Counted from the stretch's first letter, positions 39,355-49,839 are shown. The stretch is DNA of 64,000 nt from Candidatus Kaiserbacteria bacterium (GCA_028820405.1 JAPPJI010000021.1:2770-66769), one strand, 5' to 3'. A program made the numbers and translations. The notes: generated by a model not told the origin, from the letters alone.

Positions 39355-41076
39355 CTATCGACGCAGAAATGCGATGTCTTTTTCAAAGTCCCTCGCCTTG
39401 GCCAGCACGCCGTCACAGTACAGCCGTGCAACCCGGGACTGCCAGTTTGATCCTGCGTAGTATCGCCGCGATGCGGTGCACTCATTTTTCAGGGCACCGA
39501 GTTCGGTAAGGTAGATGCCGGAGACAAAGAATGCATCACGCGGGTTCCACGGATTTGACGGCCGGTTGCCGCCGGTGTGCCTGCGGACAATATCTTTGTC
39601 TCTGCGATACTCCCATGAGCCGTCATAGAAATTGATCTGATTGACTGCTGACCGGGTTGACGGCCCGACCTGACCGGTTCCGCGTGTCAGGTTGTACGGT
39701 CGCAAGATGCGTGACGCATAGCGTTCTTGAAACCTCGTGACTGCCTGTGCCACCGCGCTGCCGTACGTGCCCGTCTCATTTCCCGGACTCCCCGGACCGA
39801 TCGAAGCAACGGTGAACCCTTGCCTGTTGAGAAATCGCTGCAGCCGCTTCACATCAGACCCGGAGCTCCCTATCTGCAGCGTGGTGTTCCCGCGGATAAC
39901 CCTGCTGGTACTGGTCATGGAACACGTTCCCGTTTCCCGATTCACCATACCGCCGTAGCAGACCCACGTTGACGGGATGAACTGTGCGGGACCCATCGCA
40001 CCGCCCCAACCAAACCCGGGTCGTGCTGAGACGCGAAGTTCGTTCGGATCGTCATACCCGAGCAGTTTCACAATCTTCGGGAACAGCGGCTGGTCTCGTG
40101 TCGGGTGCATGTCTTTTTGATAGGTGCCGGTTCCGACATTCTTTCCGAGATCTGATTCGTGCTTAATGACGCCGAGGAGAAATGCCGGGCGGATACCTGT
40201 CGCCGCATGCACCTCATTTGCATACGTCAGTGCCTGCTCAAACGAGATGGCACCCCCGCCGAAGAGGTCAAAGAGCCGGTTTCGTATCTTCGCGGCCCGT
40301 TCCCGATATTCCTCAAGATACTCTTTGGTATCGTTCTCTTCTGCAATCTGTCCTTTGAGTACCTGGTCTTTCTCTTCACGCTTCTCCTGCACCCGTTGTG
40401 CCGAGACTTCCTGGTGCTGGCGGATACGGCCCTGCTCATCTTTCTTCTCACGCAACTCTTCAATGCTTGCGGCAATGCGATGACGGAGACCGTTGATATC
40501 ATTAACGGATTCTTCGGTCACCTTTCGCAGTGACCGATACTCATTTTCTTCAAAAAAATACGAAGAGAGGGTTGTGTTTGAAAGCAGCAGGCTCACAAAG
40601 CCCCGCTGTTCGGTTTCATTAAGATTGCGAAAGAGGGTTGTGAGGAACAGTTTCCGGTCCTCCACCTTCTCGCCAAGCCCTTCCACCGCCGTCTCTTTAT
40701 CAATAATCTCTTCACCGAGATCCCCAATGATATCGTCAATTGTCTGTATGTTTGAGAGGACCCGGTTAATCTCTTTGTCAATTACCGCAATCTCCTGCTC
40801 GGTATTCAAACGATCAGCCTGCTGCTGATTCAATTTTTCTTCACCAACTTTAACGCGATGTTCCATGTATTCCTGACATTTCTCCATCTCCCGCTTCAGC
40901 TCCCCCGGCCGCGTGGTTTCATCAGCAAGGATCTCCGCACACTTCGCTTCCATAGAGGTGTCAGCCTCAATATACGGAACGGTGTGCACTGCCAACGCAA
41001 CAAACAAAACAGTTACGTATAGCATAATGACGGTACGTATTCTTATTTCTCTTTGATACACACGCATCTCCCCCAC
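39355..41076 (-). CDS. Coiled-coil lytic murein transglycosylase with inserted PG-binding domain
   Basis: TM, long coiled coil, VIKHES, GGAMGPAQFIPSTW, NPWNPRDA; internal LQRFLN..GPGSPGNET. Confidence 0.82.
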   Translation of the reverse strand: MGEMRVYQREIRIRTVIMLYVTVLFVALAVHTVPYIEADTSMEAKCAEILADETTRPGELKREMEKCQEYMEHRVKVGEEKLNQQQADRLNTEQEIAVIDKEINRVLSNIQTIDDIIGDLGEEIIDKETAVEGLGEKVEDRKLFLTTLFRNLNETEQRGFVSLLLSNTTLSSYFFEENEYRSLRKVTEESVNDINGLRHRIAASIEELREKKDEQGRIRQHQEVSAQRVQEKREEKDQVLKGQIAEENDTKEYLEEYRERAAKIRNRLFDLFGGGAISFEQALTYANEVHAATGIRPAFLLGVIKHESDLGKNVGTGTYQKDMHPTRDQPLFPKIVKLLGYDDPNELRVSARPGFGWGGAMGPAQFIPSTWVCYGGMVNRETGTCSMTSTSRVIRGNTTLQIGSSGSDVKRLQRFLNRQGFTVASIGPGSPGNETGTYGSAVAQAVTRFQERYASRILRPYNLTRGTGQVGPSTRSAVNQINFYDGSWEYRRDKDIVRRHTGGNRPSNPWNPRDAFFVSGIYLTELGALKNECTASRRYYAGSNWQSRVARLYCDGVLAKARDFEKDIAFLRR

Positions 41077-41088
41077 TCCACGCCTGAA

Positions 41089-41751
41089 CTACTCCTGTTC
41101 TCCGGCGTCCTCTTCTGCCACCTCTTCATCTTCCGGCTTCTTCCCTCCTTTTCCGGTTACTTCGATATTCTCAAGGTAATTTTCATCCTCTTGCACCGGC
41201 TCTTCTTCCTCCTGAGACTGCTCAACAATTGATATAACGGTGTCCTCAGGATTCGATACCAGTGTAACATTGTCTGGTAACGGTATGTTAGAGACCGAAA
41301 GATGGGACCCGATATCCTCAAGACCGCTCACGTCAGCGGTTACAAAACCGGGGATGTTCTGCGGCAACGCCCGCACAATCAATTTATCCAAAGCAACAAC
41401 CATCTGCCCTTCGTGCACCTTCACCCCCGGCGCTTCGCCTTCAACACGAATCGGCACTTCGTGCTCAACCTCACGTGATGCATCAACAAAGAGAAAGTCA
41501 GCATGTATCGGATCCCCGGTCACCGGATGAAAATCAATGTCCTGCAACAGCACCTGCTTCCCTTGCAAATCACCGTCTGCCTCAACAACCACAACATCGG
41601 ATGTGAGAAGGTCTGTCAACTGCTTCACCGGCACGGTATATGCGGTACTTTTTTGCTCAGCACCGTAGCAGACAACCGGCACCGACCCCGCTTTGCGGAG
41701 TCCCGCCACCTGCTTGCCAAATATCGTCCGGGACGTAAATGGGAGTTTCAT
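41089..41751 (-). CDS. rplY: 50S ribosomal protein L25/Ctc
   Basis: LRKAGSVPVVCYG, HPVTGDPIHADF, GEAPGVK. Confidence 0.95.
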   Translation of the reverse strand: MKLPFTSRTIFGKQVAGLRKAGSVPVVCYGAEQKSTAYTVPVKQLTDLLTSDVVVVEADGDLQGKQVLLQDIDFHPVTGDPIHADFLFVDASREVEHEVPIRVEGEAPGVKVHEGQMVVALDKLIVRALPQNIPGFVTADVSGLEDIGSHLSVSNIPLPDNVTLVSNPEDTVISIVEQSQEEEEPVQEDENYLENIEVTGKGGKKPEDEEVAEEDAGEQE

Positions 41752-41803
41752 GTACTGGGTATGGTATCGCAAGAAGCGATCTCTTGCAACTGAGGAACGC
41801 CGT

Positions 41804-42772
41804 CTATGACAATAGCACTGGGTTTTTTGCCTCGCTGCCGTGGAGCACGGCGATAACATCCTCAGCTACCATCGTCGCCATATTATTTCTCGTCGCAATA
41901 CTTGCCGATGCAGTATGTGGTGTGAGCACAACATTTTCCAACGATCGAAGGTCTCTGCCGATATGCGGCTCTCGTTCAAACACGTCAAGACCGGCACCGA
42001 ATATGCGATCTTCCTTGAGCACGTCGGTGAGTGCCTGCTCATCAATGACCGGACCGCGGGAAGTGTTGATAACAATTGCATCGTGTCGCAGGAGAGCAAG
42101 TCGACGATCATTGAGAAAGTGGTGCGTCTCTTTTGTCAACGGAAGGTGCACAGACACCACATCGGCCTGTCGCAGGAGATCCTCCGGGCTCTCACACAAT
42201 TTGCCGCCGGTACTCTTTTCAAACAGATCGTTTCGCTTGGTGTCGTAGTAGACAACCTGCATGCCGATCCCTGTCGCCATTTCTCCGACACGAGACCCGA
42301 TTCTCCCTGCACCGATAACGCCGAGTGTTTTCCCCTTCAGGTCAACACCGAGAAGCAGTTCCGGCTCCCAGCCACGAAACCTGTTCTTCCTGACATACCG
42401 ATCAGCCTCCGGCGTTCTTGTTGCAACCGCAAACATGAGTGCAATGGTGTGCTCTGCAACGGTATCAGTGAGGACACCCGGCGTGTTTGTCACCACGATA
42501 CCCCGTTCATTCGCCGCAGCAACGTCAATATTGTTGTACCCTACCGCATAGTTTGCGATGATCTTGATCCCCGACCCCATCGCATCAATCACCTCACGGT
42601 CAATGTCATCAGTGAGGAGGGTGATGACACCGTCATATGCATCTTTTTTCAGAGCACGAAGCAGGTGTCTCTTCCCCGGCGGCCGTTCACCGAGAACCGT
42701 TAACGACACATCATGTGCTTTGAGCAGATCAAAACACACTGACGGTATGCGTTGGGTGACAAGGACCTTCAT
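41804..42772 (-). CDS. D-glycerate dehydrogenase/glyoxylate reductase
   Basis: AVGYNNID, NTPGVLT, GAGRIG, INTSRG, GLDVFEREP, LTPHTAS. Confidence 0.9.
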   Translation of the reverse strand: MKVLVTQRIPSVCFDLLKAHDVSLTVLGERPPGKRHLLRALKKDAYDGVITLLTDDIDREVIDAMGSGIKIIANYAVGYNNIDVAAANERGIVVTNTPGVLTDTVAEHTIALMFAVATRTPEADRYVRKNRFRGWEPELLLGVDLKGKTLGVIGAGRIGSRVGEMATGIGMQVVYYDTKRNDLFEKSTGGKLCESPEDLLRQADVVSVHLPLTKETHHFLNDRRLALLRHDAIVINTSRGPVIDEQALTDVLKEDRIFGAGLDVFEREPHIGRDLRSLENVVLTPHTASASIATRNNMATMVAEDVIAVLHGSEAKNPVLLS

Positions 42773-42815
42773 GTTGCAGGTAGTGTATCACGGCTATGTG
42801 GCATACTTGGGAGTA

Positions 42816-43808
42816 GTGAACAGTCTGACCTTTCTTGCACTTGGCGACATTACCGCTGACAGCTTCATCACTTTGCAAGACGCGTCAGTGCACTGTGCGG
42901 TTGAAACGGAAGCGTGCACGATATCAATGCGATGGGGTGACAAGATACCGTACAAAGATGTCGTAACGATTCCCGCCGTCGGCAACAGTCCGAACGCCGC
43001 TGTCTGTGCCGCACGGCTCGGCATACCGACCGGGTTGATTTCGTTTGTCGGGAACGATCGGGGTGGTGATGAATGTGTCGCATCTCTTGAAAAAGAAGGT
43101 ATTGACACCTCACTCATCAACCGGGAATCGGGCAAGACAACGAATCATCACTATGTTCTCTCCTTTGATGCCGAGCGAACTATCCTTGTTCGGCATGAAT
43201 CATTCACCTACACCCTCCCGACAATACCGGAAACGGTCACCTGGCTCTACGTCTCTTCCGTCGGGTCAGCAGCAGAAGACCTGCATGACGACATTGCTGA
43301 GTGGGCTCAGCAACACCCGAATGTGAAGATCGTCTTTCAGCCGGGGACATTTCAGATGTCACTCGGCTACGATCGTCTCCGGAAACTGTACGAAGCAGCT
43401 CACCTCTTCGTTTGTAACAAGCAGGAGGCACAGCGTATTCTTGCATCGAATGAGAACAGTGTTCGGGAACTCCTTATTGCACTGCAAAAGAGAGGACCGG
43501 CCGTTGTCTCCATCACCGACGGTCCGGCAGGCGCCTATGCATATGACGGCAATGCCATGCACAAGATTCCTCAATATCCGGACAGCAGCCCGCCGAAAGA
43601 GCGAACCGGTGCAGGAGATGCATACACTGCGACACTCGCAGCATTTCTTGCAAAAGGGCTTCCTTTGACTGAGGCACTCCTTCGCGCACCCATCAATGCA
43701 ATGTCCGTTGTTCAACATGTCGGAGCACAAAAAGGGCTTCTCACTGAGGGAGACGTGGAACGATACCTCGCCAAGGCACCGGATAGCTACACGGTCTCAT
43801 CGCTTTGA
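42816..43808 (+). CDS. PfkB-family carbohydrate kinase
   Basis: VGNSPNAAVCAARLG, NKQEA, ERTGAGDA; GTG start inferred. Confidence 0.9.
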   Translation: MNSLTFLALGDITADSFITLQDASVHCAVETEACTISMRWGDKIPYKDVVTIPAVGNSPNAAVCAARLGIPTGLISFVGNDRGGDECVASLEKEGIDTSLINRESGKTTNHHYVLSFDAERTILVRHESFTYTLPTIPETVTWLYVSSVGSAAEDLHDDIAEWAQQHPNVKIVFQPGTFQMSLGYDRLRKLYEAAHLFVCNKQEAQRILASNENSVRELLIALQKRGPAVVSITDGPAGAYAYDGNAMHKIPQYPDSSPPKERTGAGDAYTATLAAFLAKGLPLTEALLRAPINAMSVVQHVGAQKGLLTEGDVERYLAKAPDSYTVSSL

Positions 43809-44438
43809 TTGATCAAGGCGTTGAACGATTTTTTGCATGAGGTACGTCAACCCCCGCTGTATGTGTTTGCCGAACAGTACGATAGCAACAAACAAGGCAA
43901 CTGCATAGAGAATGGTGTTGGATATCTCCAAACCGGCTTCACGGGTCAGGATGTCTCGACCGACAAAGTAGCCGGGAACGAAGAGAAAGAGGGTCCATAT
44001 GACGGTAACGACGGTATCACGGATGAAAAACGACCACGTGGACATGTTACTGCGGAGTGCAAGGAGAAACACTAACCCTTTTGTCATAGGTGCTATCTTC
44101 ATGGCAACAATGAGAAAATATATGTGGTGCTGAAACTGCCGTTCGTAGGTTTTTAAAACAGCGTCAAGTTTTTTGAAAAATGGTCGGCTTGTAACACGAT
44201 TTGACAGTACACCCGTTCGCTTCAATGCTTGGGTAACGGCGTAGACGGCAGTCTCAAACGTTATGATACTGATAACACCGACGAGAAACGGATAAATGGT
44301 TGTCTTGCCCGATCCGTAGAGAACACCGAACGCATGCAGCGTCACCTCTCCGATCGTCAGCGGGGTGGTAACTGCAATGAGGTACTGATACTGTGCAATC
44401 GTTGCGGTAACCTGTTCAATGAGGTTGACGGAGAGCAT
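43797..44438 (-). CDS. Integral membrane protein, DedA/VTT-like
   Basis: Multiple TMs; IGE, KIAP, W..FFIRD pattern. Confidence 0.5.
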   Translation of the reverse strand: MLSVNLIEQVTATIAQYQYLIAVTTPLTIGEVTLHAFGVLYGSGKTTIYPFLVGVISIITFETAVYAVTQALKRTGVLSNRVTSRPFFKKLDAVLKTYERQFQHHIYFLIVAMKIAPMTKGLVFLLALRSNMSTWSFFIRDTVVTVIWTLFLFVPGYFVGRDILTREAGLEISNTILYAVALFVAIVLFGKHIQRGLTYLMQKIVQRLDQSKR

Positions 44439-44439
44439 A

Positions 44440-45432
44440 TCATCGTGCACCCCGACCGCCTGCCGCAACCCGAACAATTTCAGCAAGATGCTCTTTTGAG
44501 AGACCGTAGTGGTCGATAAGTTCTTCGGGTGTTCCTGACTGACCGAACCGGTCATCAACACCGACACGGTGCACCGGCATCGGGCAGCTCTCAGAGATCA
44601 TCTCGGCAACGGCAGATCCGAGACCGCCAATACGCTGATGTTCTTCGATCGTAACCGTGCAGCCTGATGCTTCTGCATAGGTGCACACCGTGGGGTCAAG
44701 CGGTTTGACGGTCGGCACATTTACAACAATGACACCGATGTCACCTGCAAGTTCTTCGGCAACGGTAAGGGCTGTCCGAACAGCAGCCCCGCAGGCAAAG
44801 ATGGTAACGCTCGGATTGCTCGATCGGTATAAACACTGCGCTTTTCCGATCTCAAACGGCGAAACATCTGTTGTCATCAGCGGCGTTTCCTCCCGCTGCA
44901 ATCGAATGTAGACCGGTCCGTCATGATCAGCTGCAGCAATCGTTGCTTTCCGTGCTTCCTCCGCATCACACGGAACAATCACCGTCATACGGGGAATGAC
45001 CCGGGTAATGGCAATGTCCTCAAGTGCCTGGTGGGTGCCGCCGTCCGGTCCGACGGAGACACCTGCGTGCGACCCCACAATTTTTACATTCACATCGTTG
45101 TAGCAGATTGTGGTTCGAATCTGCTCCCAGTTTCTTCCCGGAGAAAACATGGCGTACGAGGTAAAGAAAGGGATTTTTCCCATTGCCGCCATACCGGAGG
45201 CAACTGATGCCATCGACTGTTCGGCAATCCCCATCTCCACAAACCGACCGGGAAACCGATCACGGAACAGGTGTGTCTGTGTCGACTCAGTCAAATCCGC
45301 ACAGAGTGCAACCACACGTCGATCCTTTTCCCCGGCTTCAAGCAGACCCTGACCGTACCCTTTCCTGATCGGGACCTTCTCTTCGTCCGATGTTCCTAGT
45401 TTAGGGTGAAAATGTATTCCTTGTTCCAACAT
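44440..45432 (-). CDS. Transketolase, C-terminal subunit
   Basis: ADLTEST, GIAEQ, VGPDGGTHQALED, EEHQRIGGLGS. Confidence 0.94.
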   Translation of the reverse strand: MLEQGIHFHPKLGTSDEEKVPIRKGYGQGLLEAGEKDRRVVALCADLTESTQTHLFRDRFPGRFVEMGIAEQSMASVASGMAAMGKIPFFTSYAMFSPGRNWEQIRTTICYNDVNVKIVGSHAGVSVGPDGGTHQALEDIAITRVIPRMTVIVPCDAEEARKATIAAADHDGPVYIRLQREETPLMTTDVSPFEIGKAQCLYRSSNPSVTIFACGAAVRTALTVAEELAGDIGVIVVNVPTVKPLDPTVCTYAEASGCTVTIEEHQRIGGLGSAVAEMISESCPMPVHRVGVDDRFGQSGTPEELIDHYGLSKEHLAEIVRVAAGGRGAR

Positions 45433-45433
45433 A

Positions 45434-46324
45434 CTACTCACACTCTGACACAATAGTGCCTTTCAGGTTGCGCAACTGTTTGAGTGCACAGATGCCCTGC
45501 TTGTCTTTTGTAACGATGTCTTCCGGACCTTTTCCGGGAGGTGTCCCGTGCCATCGATAGTCCCGTTCAAACTGCGGCACCCCTTTTCCGGGCACGGTGT
45601 GTGCAATGATAACGGTCGGTCGGTGTGCTGACTGTGCTTCACCAAAGGCGCTGTGGATCTCCTGTACGTTATGACCGTCCGTGTTTATCACATGCCAATT
45701 AAATGATTCAAACTTTTCCTGCAGTGGCTCAAGCGGCATAATGTCCCGCGTGAACCCGTCAATCTGGATACCGTTCCGATCAATAACCGCGATGAGATTG
45801 TACGGCTGGTCGCGACCTGCAAGCATCACCGATTCCCACACCTGACCGCAGTTAAGTTCGCCGTCGCTCATGAAGCAGTAGAAAAAAACCGGTGATTGCG
45901 GTCGATCGATACGATCGGCCAGTGCCATACCGACCGCCTGCGAGAGCCCGGATCCGAGCGGTCCGGAACTGGTCTCAATACCGGGGAGAAACTCACGGTG
46001 CGGATGTCCCTGCAGGCGAGATCCGAACTGACGGAGGGTTTTGAGCTCCTTGGTCGGGAAAAATCCTGCATGCGCCATAGTCGCGTACAGTACCGGACAG
46101 ATATGACCGTTTGAGAGAATGACCCGATCACGATCATCGGCAAGCGGATTCTTCGGATCATACCGAAGGACAGAAAAATAGAGTGTCGCGAATACATCCG
46201 CCATGCCGAGCGGTCCCGCGGTGTGACCTGAACCGGCTTCAATGAGTGATTCAATGAGCGAAATGCGAATTTTATTTGCTTTTCGTTCAATAATTGCAAC
46301 CTCCCTATCTTTCAAATGTTCCAT
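45434..46324 (-). CDS. Transketolase, N-terminal subunit
   Basis: GSGH, LSNGH, LQGHP, GPLGSGLS, SDGE...N TPP motif. Confidence 0.94.
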   Translation of the reverse strand: MEHLKDREVAIIERKANKIRISLIESLIEAGSGHTAGPLGMADVFATLYFSVLRYDPKNPLADDRDRVILSNGHICPVLYATMAHAGFFPTKELKTLRQFGSRLQGHPHREFLPGIETSSGPLGSGLSQAVGMALADRIDRPQSPVFFYCFMSDGELNCGQVWESVMLAGRDQPYNLIAVIDRNGIQIDGFTRDIMPLEPLQEKFESFNWHVINTDGHNVQEIHSAFGEAQSAHRPTVIIAHTVPGKGVPQFERDYRWHGTPPGKGPEDIVTKDKQGICALKQLRNLKGTIVSECE

Positions 46325-46415
46325 TTTTTTAGTGTAGCACGGCTCTGCGGTAATGATTGTACAAAAAGATCAAAATGGTGCACCTTCTCACGGTATACTG
46401 GTACTGTTTGTACCT

Positions 46416-47204
46416 ATGTTTTTACGTGCTCAACGATTTGCAATTTCTGCCACCTACTCACGTATCTTCCATATTGTGTCGGTCGTCTTTGACGTAACGA
46501 GCATTACCTATTTTATCTGGTCGTTTTTCTTCCTTGACGCACCGCTCGTTCACTTTGAGATTACGCTCGGTGTCTATTTTGCTGTTGAGTACCTGCTCAT
46601 GTTTCTCGCGAGCGAAAACGGCTGGCGGTACGTCAAGCATCCGTTGGCGGTATCAAATGCCCTCATCATTATCGGCTACCTCGCCGTGCCGTTCTCCAAC
46701 TTCGGATTCCTCCGTATCCTCCGGGCATTTCGTATCATTCACCTCTACCAACTCATCCCCGACTTCCGCCTCCTCACCAACCGGATTATTCTCTGGGAAA
46801 AATTTCTCGCCATTATCGTACACGTCTTTGTTCTCGTCTTCATCATCACCGAAGCGGTCTTTGTTCTCCAGGCACCGATCAACCCGGAGATCAACATGCG
46901 CTTTGACGCCTTCTACTACACCGTGAACGCGATAACAAAGGTGGGTGACGGTGATACCATTGCGCTCGTCGGCGTTCAGGGGAAAATCATCACCCTTATC
47001 ATTGCACTGATCAGCCTCTCTATCTTTGTGCAGCTGCTTGACATGGCACGATCCGTGCAAACGATTCAGCTGCGAAAGCGGCGAAGACTCCCGAAAGAAA
47101 TTTACTCCGAACACCTCTGCACGTACTGTGATATAAAAAATCGGGAAAAAATGGCAACGGCACCGAAACGAAAGAAACGGAAAAAGGGTCGTCGCGGTGT
47201 ATGA
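46416..47204 (+). CDS. 6TM voltage-gated-type cation channel
   Basis: S4 FLRILRAFRII; pore helix FDAFYYTV; filter TKVGDGD. Confidence 0.8.
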   Translation: MFLRAQRFAISATYSRIFHIVSVVFDVTSITYFIWSFFFLDAPLVHFEITLGVYFAVEYLLMFLASENGWRYVKHPLAVSNALIIIGYLAVPFSNFGFLRILRAFRIIHLYQLIPDFRLLTNRIILWEKFLAIIVHVFVLVFIITEAVFVLQAPINPEINMRFDAFYYTVNAITKVGDGDTIALVGVQGKIITLIIALISLSIFVQLLDMARSVQTIQLRKRRRLPKEIYSEHLCTYCDIKNREKMATAPKRKKRKKGRRGV

Positions 47205-47712
47205 TGCATCTATGACGCTCTCTGTCATCTCCGCACTTATCATCGTCTCCGCCATCCTCTATTTCGCCCTCCCCATTGACACGATCAGAGAGCGGGCAAG
47301 CCGAGAAATTAGCGGTGCAGAAAAAGACGGCTGGACATCTTTTTCCAGCCTCTCTGAGAGCGTGCAACAGGCCTTTGACGATGACCCGGACAGCTCCGTT
47401 ATGCAAGACATGTTTTCGCTTCCCGTCAGCGGAACCGTTGTCTCAGATATCACCAGCGAAGCATTGGCGGACGACAAAACCGTGCTTCGATGGCAAGAAC
47501 CGGAAAGCGAAGAAACGGTACGACAATATCGTATCTTTCTCTATGAAAAAAGTAATTGCAACGGATCACCCCTTTCAACATCTGAGACAGAAACGAACTC
47601 AATAACCCTGCCGATCCCACAGAGCGTACGGTCACTGAGTGTCCAGGCACGCTACGAAGATGCGGTAAGTATCCCTACCTGCTCGCCGAGACAGACATCG
47701 CCGATTCAATAG
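47197..47712 (+). CDS. Membrane-anchored protein with FN3-like domain
   Basis: N-terminal TM; LRWQEP..YRIFLY..LSVQA. Confidence 0.5.
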   Translation: MYDASMTLSVISALIIVSAILYFALPIDTIRERASREISGAEKDGWTSFSSLSESVQQAFDDDPDSSVMQDMFSLPVSGTVVSDITSEALADDKTVLRWQEPESEETVRQYRIFLYEKSNCNGSPLSTSETETNSITLPIPQSVRSLSVQARYEDAVSIPTCSPRQTSPIQ

Positions 47713-48355
47713 CGTCGGTATTGCCGGACACATCCCCCCGGAAAAGTGCTGACCCGACAGCCAGACAGGAAGCTCCTGCTTCAATCAGTTCCGGAATCGT
47801 CTTTGGCGAAACACCGCCATCTACGGCAACAGGAACTCCCGGGCAGAGATCCTGAACAGCCTGCATGAGGTTGAGAACACGACGATCATACGGCTCCCCC
47901 TGTCTGCCGATGTCTTTGATTCCCATACACTGTATACCGTCAAGGTGATCTGAAACGGTTTCCAGAGTGCTGATGTCATCGTCAATAACAACACCGACAT
48001 ATGCTTCTGATCCCGCATCCCGCACCTGCTGTAGGCATCGCTTGATATGCCGTGTTGATGAGAGGTGTACAGAGACTCGACGGGCACCGGAGAGGAGCCA
48101 TTGATCCAGCACCTCTTCCGGACGGTCAATCATGAGGTCAAGGTCATGAGAGAGGGTGATGTTGTGCAGTCGCTGCACTGCCGCATCAACTGTCTCGCCG
48201 GATGCATACGGCCACGTCTGCCCCGGTGCATGAACCCCGTCAACGATGTCAATGTGCACTCGGGAAAACAGGTCATCAACCCGATAAACACTTTGGGCAA
48301 TGTCATCAAATGACTCAGCAAGAATTGCGGGAATAATCTCCGGCTTCATACGCAT
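47675..48355 (-). CDS. rpe: Ribulose-phosphate 3-epimerase
   Basis: IIPAIL, HIDIVDG, LDLMI, VDGGV, AVGSALF. Confidence 0.88.
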   Translation of the reverse strand: MRMKPEIIPAILAESFDDIAQSVYRVDDLFSRVHIDIVDGVHAPGQTWPYASGETVDAAVQRLHNITLSHDLDLMIDRPEEVLDQWLLSGARRVSVHLSSTRHIKRCLQQVRDAGSEAYVGVVIDDDISTLETVSDHLDGIQCMGIKDIGRQGEPYDRRVLNLMQAVQDLCPGVPVAVDGGVSPKTIPELIEAGASCLAVGSALFRGDVSGNTDAIESAMSVSASR

Positions 48356-48357
48356 CT

Positions 48358-48819
48358 TTACCCCTCATCAATCTGTTGCACCCGACGTTCGTGCCGATCT
48401 TCATATGAAAAAGGTGTCGTGAGAAACAGGCGTATCGCTTCTTCTGCCTCACTGTTTGAAACCAGCCGTGCACCGATTGAGAGAACATTCGCATCATTGT
48501 GCTGCCGACCAAGCAGAACGATCTCGGTGTTGTGTGCAGGATAGACGATGGCACGAACCCCTTTATACCGATTCGCCACAATAGCCTCACCCTGACCGGA
48601 CCCGCCAAAGAGAATGCCGAAAGCGTTTGGTGTTTTTGTCAGACGGTCGGCGGCGTCTTTCATGTACCGGGGATAATGATCTGTCGGGTAGAATTGCGTT
48701 GCACCGACATCCTCTATTCGTTTATACCCCTCATCTTCAAGGAACGATTTAATATGTTCCTTCATTTCAAACCCTGCATGGTCGGCTGAAAGAATAATTG
48801 TCATGTCATCTTTAAACAT
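48358..48819 (-). CDS. rpiB: Ribose-5-phosphate isomerase B
   Basis: ADHAGFEMK, GGSGQG, HNDANVL, RHERRV. Confidence 0.93.
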   Translation of the reverse strand: MFKDDMTIILSADHAGFEMKEHIKSFLEDEGYKRIEDVGATQFYPTDHYPRYMKDAADRLTKTPNAFGILFGGSGQGEAIVANRYKGVRAIVYPAHNTEIVLLGRQHNDANVLSIGARLVSNSEAEEAIRLFLTTPFSYEDRHERRVQQIDEG

Positions 48820-49810
48820 ACTTTGTGTGATATATCAGCGACTGTGCATACCCGTACTCGTTATCGTACCAGAGAAATACCTTCACCAACGTACCGTTCA
48901 CCACACGGGTCAGCGAAAGATCGGCAATCGCAACAAAGGGTCTGCCGATAACGTCTGATGAAACAATCTGCTCAGTTGTTGTTGTAAAGAGAGCATTTTC
49001 GCCGGATTGCAGTGCATCATTAACCTCCTTGATAGTTGTCGGCCTCTTTGCAATGAAGGTGAGATCAACGAGGGACCCTGACACCGTCGGAACACGAAGT
49101 GACATTCCGTCAAATCGATGTTTCAGATCAGGGAGTGCTTCCGTTGTTGCAACAGCCGCACCTGTCGTTGACGGAATAATATTTTGAGCCGCTGCACGAC
49201 CAAGCCGGTAGTTACTCTTCTTTTCAGAAGGACCGTCAACGACATTCTGTGTTGCGGTGTAGCTGTGAACGGTGGTGAGGATTGCACTTGCAACACCGAT
49301 GTCCTCGTCAAGAATGCTCAATGGCAAACCGACTGCGTTAGTGGTACATGACGCATTTGACGTAATGAGGCATTTTTTTGCATGCTTCTCGTTGATACCG
49401 ACAAGCACCACCCCGGCAGTGACATTCTCAGGCGGCGGATCTTTAACCGGTGCGGTGACAATAACGTGCTTCGCTCCGGCAATAATATGGGTATATGCTT
49501 TTTCGTACGATGCGAAGACACCGGTCGCCTCAATGACAACGTCAACTCCCATCGTTCGCCACGGCAACTCGGACGGATTCTTCATCGAAAACCAAGAAAT
49601 CTCTTTTTTTCCGATACGAAGTGCACCGTCCGATGCGGTCACCGATGCATCTATCGGTCCATACACGGTGTCGTGGGTGAGAAGGTATGCGCCCATTTCA
49701 CTGTCCGAAAGGTCATTGATAGCGACGATATTAATATCTTTGCACCCCTGTGCAAGACGAACATATGCTCGACCAATCCTCCCGAACCCGTTAATGGCCA
49801 CCTTCTTCAT
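48812..49810 (-). CDS. gap: Glyceraldehyde-3-phosphate dehydrogenase (type I)
   Basis: INGFGRIGR, SNASCTTN, IPSTTGAA, WYDNEYGY. Confidence 0.97.
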   Translation of the reverse strand: MKKVAINGFGRIGRAYVRLAQGCKDINIVAINDLSDSEMGAYLLTHDTVYGPIDASVTASDGALRIGKKEISWFSMKNPSELPWRTMGVDVVIEATGVFASYEKAYTHIIAGAKHVIVTAPVKDPPPENVTAGVVLVGINEKHAKKCLITSNASCTTNAVGLPLSILDEDIGVASAILTTVHSYTATQNVVDGPSEKKSNYRLGRAAAQNIIPSTTGAAVATTEALPDLKHRFDGMSLRVPTVSGSLVDLTFIAKRPTTIKEVNDALQSGENALFTTTTEQIVSSDVIGRPFVAIADLSLTRVVNGTLVKVFLWYDNEYGYAQSLIYHTKYV

Positions 49811-49839
49811 GCCTGTTGGTAGTATACCAGCAAAACATG

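Noticed and set aside
41840-42703. 287-aa plus-strand ORF antisense to the dehydrogenase
   Set aside because: Shadow ORF of a well-supported gene with no recognisable motifs
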